This document shows positions 11,765 through 23,358 of a stretch of 64,000 nucleotides of DNA, piece after piece. Under the pieces are notes generated by a model. It ran no database searches and was not told the origin of the DNA. It worked only from the letters and a program-made list of their open reading frames with translations. Location: the NCBI GenBank assembly GCA_003971905.1, contig RSEE01000029.1, forward strand, positions 310,001 to 374,000, given 5' to 3'. A program made the position numbers and the translations under genes. The first letter of the stretch is position 1. Every line of letters begins with the position of its first letter. This DNA comes from Moniliella sp. 'wahieum'. Taxonomy: Eukaryota.

Positions 11765-14700
11765 ATGTGCTGGCAGGAGCTGGTCTGGTGTAGGAGGTTA
11801 GCTATGCGTTTTGGCCTCAGATCTGAGTCTCAGAGCTCAGACTGAGCACTGAAGTACTGAACACTGCAGTACTGCGCCCCAGTGCCTGGGCCTGCGTGGG
11901 ATCTGAGAGGTCGATGGCCGATGGCCGGTGACCGGTGATCGATGATCGAGGAGGCACTTGGCAGACTGGGTGCTCGGCGTTAGTGCGTGATGCGTAGTGC
12001 TGCTGCCCGGCTGGCGCTGTGCCTGCCTGCCTTCTCCCCCGCTGGCCTCCATCGGCGGCCGCCCAGCCGCACGGCGCTGCACGGCCTGCACTGACGTCGG
12101 CGGCGGATGCACTGGCGCCGTGCGCTGCAGCCTCGCAGGCCCCACGGCACAACTGTACGGGAACAGCCCCGCACGGGGCAGCGTAGATGCGGCACGCAGC
12201 ACGCCTCTCGCAGTCTCGCACTGCACCCCTCTTGCCTGCCCGCCCCCGCTGTGCCTGCCTGCCGCTGGACGATCGCACTGCGTCAGAGCTGAGTGTACTC
12301 GACGTGTATACTCAGACGGAGTGCTGCATGTTCAAGGGAGGTTGAACCAAGTACTGAATTGCCCTCAACACGTTAAACCCCCTCAGGCTCACGGCCTCAC
12401 CGACGGTCACCGTGACCATAGATCGAATTGATCGTGGCTCAGCATCTTGGTGTAAAATAGAGGCCGTAGTGCTTCCATGAGGAGCGTTTCGCGTGCAACG
12501 ATGACTCGATGACGCCGATGGATGAAACGGGAAGTGTCAATGACGCGCGCAACGCGCAAGGCCCACCGTGTGCCGTATAGCGCTTGCTCCACCGACGTTG
12601 GAAAGGGGCGCGGTGTCAGTCGGTGTGTTGATGGTTGACGTTGATGCCTGCGCCTTCCCCCGCCTGCCCCAGCGTCCGGCTCGGCGCATGTGGCTCCGGT
12701 TGGGCTGGTTGGTATTGCTGATGGTTGGGCCCACCGCAGCGCCTCAGCTCAGCGCAGCTGAGTCCTGCAGCCACGGAGGCGCTGAGGCCCAGCAGCGCTC
12801 AGCTCAGCCGCGATGGCGCGCCCTGAGGCCTGAGGCCCTTTCTCTCGCCACCTCACACGTCACATCCACAGCACACCTCGCACCTCACCCGTCCACGCCC
12901 CCCAATCACCCATTCCCAGTCCCTGCCGTGGGCGCCGGGGACGCGGCGACAGCGACGATGCTTGGTCAAGCTTCAAGCTTCAAGCTTCAAGGTAATTTAT
13001 TTGCGGCTAGCTTCAGGCTAGCCTGACTACGACTGGCTTGAGCACCTCAGCCTGCTCAGCCTAGTTATACGTGCTCCAGTGACTAATCAATCAAGGCAAT
13101 CCTACCTGCTCCACTTGGGCTGTGTGTGCGCTGATCAATTTGATCAGCATACGATCATCGATCAGTCAGCTACAGCCCCAGTCGATCATCGTACTATAGT
13201 GTACTCAGTTAATAGTTCCAGGATTCAATACTCAGCCCCTCAGCCCTATAGCTAGCCAAGCATGCTGACGTGTCCCAACCAACACCACCAACACAACACT
13301 CCTTTTTGTCCATGTCCACCCACACTCGCAATCCTCAACGATGCATCATCCAACGCCATCTCCATCTCTCACCCGCGCGCATCCCGATCGATCATCTCGA
13401 AGATCCCCCACCTCACCCGCCACTCTCCCTTTCTCCCTGCGAGCTACTACATGGCCCACACCGCCACAGCAATGTATCTTTTCTTCACCCTTCCCATGTC
13501 ACATGTCACCCCACCGTCTTGTGTCAAGCTTCCAGCTTCAAGCTTCATGAAAGTGCATGAAGGGCCAAGCCTCTCAGTCAGTATAGGGAGTGCGGTTCTC
13601 TTGAGATAATGCACAACCTCACGGCAACTTCTCATCATGATGATACACACTTCAAACGCGTGTTAAAATGTGTAGGTATGTACAAAGCTTCCACCAACGT
13701 CCAACCCAGCTTCGCCCTCTCGGCACAACATGGAACAAAACCAGCGCTGTTGAATGTGTTGAACAAGACCGAACACCACCCAACAGTGTTTTTTACTGAC
13801 GCTCTTTTCTCTCTGTCCATTGCCCTGCGCTCTCGCCGATCCTCAATCAGCGCATCACCCATGGCGCGACTGAATTAGTACGGCGTTCTGCTCCACCAGC
13901 AGGCACAAGTGACAGGAAGACACTCGCAAAGGGTCCTACTGTGTGGCGACAAAAAAGTCTACTATAAGATGATGATCATCGCAGGAGGTTTCGCAGCCTC
14001 TGCAAGCGAGAATATGCTTTTGCATCCCTTGTAAGACCGGAGGAACCCAAGGGATTGGGTGAAGAACCTCTGGAGATGTAGAGCAATGCAATCGCGATGG
14101 TGGTGGTTCAGGCCTCAGGCCTCAGGTCTAAGCCTTGTGCCACACCTAGAGACAGGGGTTCAAACAAGCCTGAGTATACACGTGGAGGCTTGGGAGGACA
14201 AATCAGGGGTGAAGGGTGATGAGGCACCTTGGCCTAAGTACGGGACCACGGGTCCCAACATCCCTACCGAAGCTTTGTATACCCTGCTGGCCCTTCGATT
14301 CTTTCCAAGCCATCAATATCCGATGGCGCTAATGGTGAGCTTGATGGCATGTCTCGTTGTGTCATGATGCATGATGCATCTTCCTGCACATCCAATCCAT
14401 CTTACATCTTACCGGTCTTACCTCTCTCGTGTGCATGTTTTCATCTCCGTAGTAGTCCAAACACCTTTTCGCATGCTCATACTACAACACAGCACCACTG
14501 CTCTAATAGGTTTGATCCGTCAGTCGGGTGTCGCGCATCAGGGCGTCAGCCCTACTACTATATCACGTGTGCAGGTTGCAGAACCGTGACGGTGCCATCC
14601 TGATCATGATCGACCTGAATGATCGACATGATCTGCATGATCCTCACTCCATCCTTAGGTCGGCATGAAGCTTGAAGCTTGAAGCTTGAAAGTTGGAGTC

Positions 14701-15445
14701 GAGAGTTGAGACATCAGTCTGATGTGTGAGCATGTGAGAGAATTATTAAAGAGAAAAAAGTTACAGCTGTTGCGGCCAACAAGGCTCTTAGTTGTCCTGT
14801 TGCCTTTTAAGCTGGTGTTTGCCAAGAGGGGGAAACGACGATGAGCTCGATGAGCGTAGAACGGGAGGGCCACCTGGACAGCTTGGTCGGCGGTGATATG
14901 TTGCAGGAATTTTTGGCATCAAGCACACGCGGAAGCGCGGCAGAGGCGCGCCAGGCGTAGTTGAGCGCGCACTTGCATATACGCGATCTAATACCCAGAA
15001 CGAACGCCGCGCAGCTCGGGGCTCCTTTCTTACACTTCTATCAATGCCGTCCTACAGCTCTTTCTATCACGCCCTATCACGACAGCGCTCTGTAGTTATT
15101 AGTAGGGCTGGAAGTCATCAATCACTTAATCACTCGTTTGCACCGTATATCAAGATCTCATCCGCAGATCTTACCCACCTCTCTAGCTAACTTTATTTGG
15201 TGATCAAATCCTCCCCTGTGTCCACTCGGTAGCTCAGTGAAACTATACCCACACACGCGTCGTTCAATCCGAGAATAAAGATTGCGGGACCGACGCAACA
15301 CAGCTGTAGAAAAAAAAAATGGGACCCCGGCGAGTGTCTCGTCCCTACTGGACAAGTGACAGTAGCCCGAGAACAAGTAGAGCTTTGTCGGCCAAGAGCT
15401 TCTCGCAGTGGGCAAAACCGAGATGCAGGCTACCAAAATCTGGTC

Positions 15446-17872
15446 TTAGCGTTGGTCCGTATACCTCTCGTCGTCGCGTTCGAGCGAACGTGCTTCTTCT
15501 TCGAGGGCCTCCTCGGCACATTCCTCTTCTTCTGTAGCCACGTCCTCCTCCATCCGGGTCAGCACCTCTTCCGCCTCGCTGAACCAGTCGGTGCGGAAGA
15601 TAAGAACGAGGAATCCGGTTGCGCCGACCAACAATCCGATTGACAAACCGAGCCAGATACCCTGCAATCCCCAATCGGCATAGACCATGAGGGCGCCCCC
15701 AATGGGCAAGCCGACAACGTAGTAAGCAAACAAGTTGATTACCGCGCCCTTGCTCTGTCGTCCACTGCCACGCAGAATACCTGCGCCGACACCACAGATG
15801 CCATCGGCAATCTGGAACGCCCCCACGTACGGCATGATGGTCGCAATCATTGCCACCAGCTCCGGGTCTGAGGAGAACATCCACCCCCTGGTTCCGGAAT
15901 AGAATCATGGCCGACGAATTGAGCAGGCCGCAGAGTAGGGCGGCCAACATGGCCATCCGGGCCGAAAGGGCGGACCAATACGGTTGGTTGGCGCCTAGCA
16001 AGTTGCCAATCCGCACTGCCGATGCCACGCTGACGCTCAACGGCAACTGGTACGTCAGACTGCACGTCACCAGCAACACCGATTGGGCCGCCAACGCGGA
16101 TGTGCCAAGCATCGACGACATGAGGTTCGCCACCTCCCATGCCCACCATTCTGCCGCCATGGCGATCGTTGAAGAAAGTCCGAGGTTCCATACGTCCACC
16201 AAGCCTTTGAGATCAAAGGCTTTGCGCGTCAGCCCCTGCCACGCATCACGAGGTGCAATCCAGCACTGGAACAGACCAAAGGCCAGCATCAGGTAGTAGG
16301 ACAAGACACTGGCCACGGGCGCCCCCAAAAACCCCATCCGAACCTTTTCCGGGCCGTATACGAGCAAAATTTGCGCGGGCACATTGAAGGCCGAAGCGAC
16401 GCCAACGGCAATCGTTGGTGCATGGAACAGCCCCAAGGCTTGCAGGTACCGACGCATAATCTCAAACGCACCAAACGCCGGTAAGGCCAACGTCAACACA
16501 GACAGGTACCGTGCCGCCATGGCCGCCACCGCCGGCTCTTGCCGCAGCGCAATCAAGATGGACTCAGTGTAAAGCCAGGTGATTGTGATCGGTACGATTA
16601 ACAGTGCGATCAGGATACACATCCGTTGCGTCCAAATTCCTACTGTGTAGGGATGGGGCGAGCTGTAGGCCGCAGGCAGAAGCGAGTCCAAAGCCGAGAC
16701 GAAACCAGAAATAATCGAGAAACCAGTCACGTTGGCTGTCATGGACGCGAGCGAAGCTGCGGCCAATTCTAGAAAAACAAAAAAAAAGGGGGGTTAGTAT
16801 CTTGTTGGATCGTTCAGGTTGGTAGTAACAACGAAGGGGAGAGGTGCGCACCCGTTGTGCCCAAGTGTCCAATAGCAAAGACAGTCACCACACTAAGCGA
16901 TAACTCGAGTAAGTGGGTGCCCAAGATGGGCATCGTATACCACGTCAGTGTATTTGCCTCTTCCCGCCCGGCCCCAGGGCCTGGCACAGCCTGGGCCAGT
17001 GATTCGTCCGTCGACGTTACCGAGGCACCATCATCCTCTACCGAGGGGGGTTTGGCCGCGGGCTGGTTTGCCGAGCCCACAGCAGCGTACGAAGGCGCTT
17101 GGGCCTGGCTTAACAATCCACTCCGTTCATTCGACCCACCTGCCACGTGCTCCACATCGCTCGAGGTAAGAGCAGCGCTGGAGCGGCGCAACTGATTTCG
17201 AACGTTGGCTACATCGGCTTGGCGTGGCACCAGCTCGCCCGTACGTGACCAACGACGGGCAAGAGGGGACGTGTGCCCGTCCGCTGCTGACTCAAACTTC
17301 TGCGTCGGCCTTGTACAGCTGAAAGAGACGGCGGGCGCTGCCCTTCGGACGAGGAGAGCAGATGATGTTGGTCGAGATAGTGCTGCTGGATCTGCTCGAT
17401 CGGCGGCGGGTTCGGCTCGCCGCCCAGCACCATATCGCGATACCGCCATGAATAACTCGATCCTCCCGGGCTCGCAGCAAGGATGGAACGAGGCCGAGGT
17501 CCAACGTGGTGAGGGTGGGGATGGGGATGGGCGCCGGGCATGGCAACCGGCGAGCACGGGTGGGGTCGACCGACGACGCACGGCTGCTGGCCCGGGACGT
17601 GTCAAGGAGGGAGCCGGTGGTGCTGGAAGTACGACGAGGGCGGCCCAGACGAGCTGGACGCTCCGAGCCCGGCTGAGCTCGTACACGCTGCCCGACTGAG
17701 CGTAGCGCTCCAACGCTTGCCGCGCCTCGTCCAGTTCGGCCGCTTGGAGCTGCGAGTCGGGCAGGTCCGGGCGCGGGTAGGGCATCATGCTGGTCCGCGG
17801 CGCTTGCAGCAACCCATAGTCGCGCGGGACGCTGCCGGGGGTCGAGAACTGGCCGCGCGAGTTGACAGACAT
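15446..17872 (-). CDS. MATE-family multidrug/toxin efflux transporter (Erc1-like)
   Basis: PILGTHLLELSLSVVTVFAIGHLGTT|ELAAASLASMTANVTG, joined across intron 16769-16851. Further motifs ALDSLLPAAY, EWWAWE, SVASAVRIGNLLGANQP and GILRGSGRQSKGAVINLFAYYVVGLPIG. Frameshift near 15880. Confidence 0.93.
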
Positions 17873-20800
17873 GGGGCTGGCAGGCGGGGCGCCAGGGGGG
17901 AGGAGGGGGGGGTGGTTGGGAGAGAGGAGAGGGAGGCGGAGAAGGAGAAGGAGAAAAGACAGCCGCTTGCACCAGCAACAGCACCCAGTCGCAGGAGCAA
18001 TCTACCCATTCAGTAGTTCCAACCAGCTGCCGCAGCCATCGCGCACACGGCCACTGTCCGGCTGGGACCAGTTCAGCACCGTCTCAGGTTGGGGCGCTGG
18101 ACAGTGCGCCTGCGCCGGCTCATTGATAGGAAGATGCAGGTGGAAGCAAACTGCAACGTTGAAACCACGGTGGGATCGGGCACAGCAGCGCACAGCGCCA
18201 GCACCTTCGCCTCCCCGCTTCACGCTTGCACGTCTGCCGCGCGATACGCGCTCTGCGCGCCTGCACACAGAGAGATCGCAGCCAAAGGGCGAACGGATTG
18301 GAGTGGGGAATCCAGCGCCCGCCAGATCCACCCCCACATGATACGCCCCCCAAGCCTACGTAAACGGTAACATCAAGTTACCCATCGCCCGCCTCTCTTT
18401 TCTGCATCGCGGCACACTCTGCTTTCCTCTCTTTTCTCCTTATCTTGCGGCTACTCCATAGCACTACGTCTTATAGATCTTACCTCTGTCACATGTCAGC
18501 CCTATAAATCCTCTTGCCTTCCCCCCCCTTTCTCCCGCCTCTCAATCTAGTACCACGTTACCAGCCCTCTGCTCCCTTGATCTGTGGGGAAGCAGGCGCG
18601 ACCATTGTTGCAATGGAAGCATTTTGTTGGTTTTAGGATTTGGACCTAAAATCCTTGCGTGATATGATTACAGTACTAGTAGACCTGATAAGAGAATATG
18701 ATGATCTTTTTCTCAAGCCCTTTTCTGTCCGTCCCGTGGCATGGTCATCCAAACTCCAATACAGCTCTGCCCAACCAATCTGCATGGCGTCAAGAAGTCT
18801 GGTGGCGTATAATCTCGTTGTCGATGATTCTGAGAAATGTTTTGTACAAGAACCTTCTTGTTCTCCTCTTCGATTTTTGCAGAGCGTGTAATAAGACACA
18901 AGAGGATTCGAGGGGACAGATAGAAACGCTTCGCTTGTATAGCGCGAGCAGATAAGCAAATGAGCACAGCAGACGTGAGGTGCCACAGGAGGGCCCTGCC
19001 AGGGGGCTCGCCCAGGTTTGTAGGGTATAATTCCTTCGGAGACGGAGAGACGACTCCGTAGTTTCGGGCTTGGGCTAGTTGGTGATGGATCCGAGCGGAA
19101 CTAGTAGGGAGACGAGGAGAGGGTTTGGGGCGTGAATCGGAGGCGGCTGCACGTGTGGAAAGGCTGCGTATACACACCGGCCTGGGCCGTAGTAACCTGT
19201 CTGAAGCCCCGGGGTTTAGGGAGAGGTATAGAGGCAGTGGTGGACAAACCAACCAGATCCGACACTGAACAAGGAACAGCTGTCGACATATGTGTTGGCT
19301 GGAAAGGAACTCACGAGATAAACTAGTACGGGAACTCGACGCGGCTGAAAAAAACTAACGCGACTGAGCGGATGAAAAGCTGGAGGACGAGGTTGGAGGA
19401 TGAGGAGACAGCTCAGTGGAGACGAGGTTGCCTGGACTGAATCAATGGGCTGCAAACAGGCAGGAATTGGGCAGGAAAGGCGGGAAGGGACGAGAATGGA
19501 AGGAGGGGAAATGATCTCCCCCACCAGGGATGCAGGCTAGATGTAAAAGTGAAAATGGACGCAATAGGGATGTAGAAAGAAGACGTGCCAAAAGAGAGAG
19601 GTTGGTTGCTGTAATAGGCGCAACGGAGAAAGATAGAGTAAGTGGTGACGGAGCGACAGTCGTTGCAAAGATACAACTTGGTAGCCTCTCATTTAGACCC
19701 ACTGACTTCGACTTGAGCGGGGGGCGACTCCTGTCGCGCGCGGATGCTTAACCAACTATCATCACCTCGATTGGACTCTAGGGCGATCTACTGGGAGGTG
19801 CAGAACGGGCGGGCCTTAGCTCGGACCAGACCTTCTCAGACCCAAAAACACAGCCCTTAAAATGAGGAATGGACCGTATTTCTCCAATGATATACTCTTC
19901 TCAGTAAGTTCCGTCCAATTATCAAACACTAGCAACTTTTTCGAATTGTGGCAATCCTGATGCGTGTCGTCAACACCACTAGGCATTGAACGGCTCTTTT
20001 GATCATATTCCTGATGATCTCCTTACTTCAGTCTTCTTAGCACATTACTTACTTGCTTGCTCCAATAGTCGACACAGAGATCCTTCTGCCGGGGTCCCAT
20101 TCGTGTCGCCCAGCCCCTTCTTCTCTCGTGTTTTAACTGTACGCAACCTTGGTCTCCTTTGCATCCAAGAGCCCCTTGGAGCGTGGTCCACCTCCATCCC
20201 TGCAATGATCCTCCAAATCCTCCTGGTCCCCCATCACTCCGGAACCCACATTCGCCAAGCACTTTCCCCCCGCCCTCGTTTCCTCTTTTTCGCCCCCCCA
20301 AAAGAGCATTTCCTTGACTAGCTTGACTCACTTCTTATATTCGCGGCAACTGTCCCCCATCCGACACCGGGGTTTGTTCCAGTCGTACTCCAAAAAGAAA
20401 CCACTACTACTAATATGGCTTCTACACTGGGGTCCCACCGGAACAGGCGCCAGTGCTTAGCCGCTGTCGGCGACCAACTTGCCAAGGGGCATGTAGTAAT
20501 CGTTCGTGGTGGGAGAAGCAAGGGCAGAGGACATGGTGCGAATCGAAGAGCAGGAAAGGAGCGAGAGCAGCCAAGGTATGACACCCCTCACCGTCGTTCA
20601 TTGTACATAGAGACCAAGATCCAACTTGTGTTTCTCGGGGATACGACACCATCTCTCTTCGCTTCGTACAAGAAAGTGTACTAAAGACCCACATGTTAAT
20701 CTCGTTCCTTTCCCAATCAAATGATGGCATTTCTTGTGCACGCCATCCATCCGGACATCATACGTCTACGCATAGCCTGCTAGGCCAAAACGGTCACCAG

Positions 20801-20907
20801 CATCGCGGCGACGGTCGCCCTTGAAGCTACATTACCATGTATCAGCTGGCTCGTTACTTCTTGCCCCTGACTTGGCAGGGACTGGAAATGAAGTGATATG
20901 CCAATCT

Positions 20908-20996
20908 TCTCCGATAGTTTAGTGGCTATGACACGTCCCTGTCATGCAGTTGACGGACGTTCGGACGAGACCCGGGTTCGATTCCCGGTCGGAGAG
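20908..20996 (+). tRNA. tRNA-Asp(GUC) with a 17-nt intron (20945-20961)
   Basis: Acceptor stem TCTCCGA/TCGGAGA with discriminator G; D-loop AGTGG; anticodon stem CGTCC/GGACG around CT-GTC-A; T arm CCGGG-TTCGATT-CCCGG. Confidence 0.93.
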
Positions 20997-20997
20997 G

Positions 20998-21012
20998 TTT
21001 TCTTTGTTTTTT
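20998..21012 (+). terminator. RNA polymerase III oligo-T terminator of tRNA-Asp
   Basis: TTTTCTTTGTTTTTT directly after the tRNA 3' end. Confidence 0.75.
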
Positions 21013-23358
21013 GCGCTGCTCTTTTTTGTCTTTCTGGCCTGCCTGCTCCGCAAGCATCCCTCTCTGTGTTACCCGCCACGTCCGCGGGCTGGGACTGCTG
21101 GAGCGAAAAAAAACTATAGGCGGAGTGTTATCGAGGCCCGTGGGGAAGTAAGCGGTAAGCCAGGGTAAGCGCTAAGTGCAATAGGTCCTGAAACCACGCC
21201 GCCGGCATCGAGAGCCATCACATGCACATCACTTGCACATGCATGGCGGAAGATAGTGACTGCGTGAAGCTGGTGTGTGGCATGGGATGTCCTGGATGCA
21301 TCCAACTCCAGTTCGAGTGCTGTTGGTCACAGATCACATGCACATGGAAAGCAGTGGCTGGGGGCACTTCTTGAAGGAGTTGGTGGTTGTGGATGCAATT
21401 GAGACGTCCGCTGCCAGGGGCTCCCATTACGTAACACCAGCGTGGTTCTGATTCACGTTTGAAATTTGATTGGGCTTGGAAGGAAGAAAGAAGGCGGATG
21501 CGTGGGTGGCCGCGGTTGTGTGGGATCGGATGCTGCAAGCAGCAGGGGACAGCCCAGGGCTCCTCAGCGCCTCGGCAGTGGCTCAGCTGCTCAGCTCAAG
21601 TTTCAAGCTTCAAGCTCTTCAAGCTCCTCGCTTCAAGCCAACAATAAACAACGCCCTGAGATTGAGATCCACTGAGTACTGAGATCTGAGATCTGACCTA
21701 CAGGTGTTCCCGCATGCTCCATGTTCCCAGCGCCCATGGCACAGCACTGGCGCAGCGCCATCCACCTGCCCGTCGGCCGATCGTCGATCAAGTCGATCAA
21801 GCCGATTATCGATCATCGATCATCCAGCTTCTAGTCGATCAAGTGTGCCCTTCGACTGAGTACGGAGCGGCTGAGAGGTGTGATTTGCGACAGTCACATG
21901 ACTAGCTAGTGACTTGTGATGCATGATGCATGGTGCATGTGGCCCTGTGTGTATGAAAATTGCGGCGTGGCAACGTTGCGGGGGGCGTACCGTCCTGTTG
22001 CGGACCCGACAAGGCAAACAACAAGAACATCGGTGAGGGAAGCGGAGGGTCTTGAAGCGCTCAAGCTCCAAACTTCAAAGGCGACAAAAGGGAGACAATC
22101 GACAATTGAGTAAGACGAAACAGGCGAGGCCAAGGCAAGACAGACCAAGGCCGTCGAGGGCGTCGGGGTGGTATTGTTCCCAGCCACTGTTCAACGTTGT
22201 TGAACGTTCAACTGAACGTTGAAGTTCACGGTTCAGCGCCCAGCCATGGAACCCCACTCAGTCACATTCAATTTCCACAGCCTTAGAGGGCCCTAGGTTC
22301 TAGGACGCCTTGGACCACAGGGTCTTAGACCTATGGCATAGGCCTGCCTCAGGCACGCAGCCACTGTCGCCGAGCCCAGTGGGACTCACACGCGCCGAAT
22401 GGCGACGGGCTGCTGCGAGCGAGAGCTAGCAGGAGTTAGCTAGGTCGTCTGCCGGCCAAGGCGGACCTGTGCTATGCCATACGACGTGGGGTGCGGTGCG
22501 TTGCTGTGCCGGGAGGGTTCCACGCTGTTACAGCGGTAACAAGCCCTGTTGTTGGCACCGCATGCGGTGGCGGTCACCGGTCACATTCACAGGCTCAGCG
22601 CTCACGCTCAGCCCTCACTAGCCACGAGTGCGTGAGAGCTGCTCACCAGCACGAGTGCCTGGGCAACGGAGGCCTGCGGCCTACTGCCTCCGAAGGCGCG
22701 CTGAGCCAGGCGGGGACAGACTGGCGCGTGCAAGTCTCGGTTGGGGTAGGATCGGCACGCCCTGGCATGGGTGTGTCACACATCACACTGCCGCCGTGGG
22801 GGACAGGGTGCAGGGATCATCGCGTACGGGGGCGCTGCGGGCGCTGCGCTGCGCGCAATGTCAGCGCATCATCCGTCGGGCATTCCTAGCTGCTACTGGC
22901 GACGCAGCACCAGCCCAGTGCTGCCGCCCACCACCGATCACCAGTCACTAGTCACTGATCGACTGCTGGTCGCTCGCGGGCGGCGGGGGGGCAGAGTGGG
23001 GGGTGCTTGAACGCTTAGTAACCACCTGGGCGGCCGTGTCTGCCCGAGAGGTGGCGATGGGGGCGCTCTGCTCTGCGGTGCGCTGCCAGGCGGGCCAATT
23101 ATTCTCATGCGCGCATGCAGGGAGGCATCTGCAGCAGGCAGCATGCATCATGCATCATGCATCACCCAGTCCCTCTGCACCATCGATCTCAACCATCAAC
23201 CATCCCTCGTGCTCACGCAGTGCTCCGTACCTTCGTTGCACCGTCCTCCTTCTGCCCGCCGCTTCACCACCACCACCACCACCACCACCACATCACCACC
23301 CTCTCTTCCCCGTCCCTTCCCCTTCTCCTGCGCTGCCCCCTGCCCCCCTGCCCCGCCC

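Noticed and set aside
14800..14916. U5 snRNA (GCCTTTTA plus a downstream AATTTTTGG Sm-like site)
   Set aside because: The loop reads GCCTTTTAA rather than GCCTTTTAC, the flanks form no convincing stem, and the spacing to the Sm-like site is long.
15318..15331. Exact 14-mer AATGGGACCCCGGC shared with the minus strand near 20088-20101
   Set aside because: Several exact 14-mer matches are expected by chance in 64 kb on both strands, and the extension is weak and gapped.
18698..18832. Box C/D snoRNA (ATGATGA...CTGA) with a short 5.8S rRNA complement
   Set aside because: Only about 9-10 nt of complementarity, overlapping box D, with no convincing terminal stem or internal C'/D' boxes.
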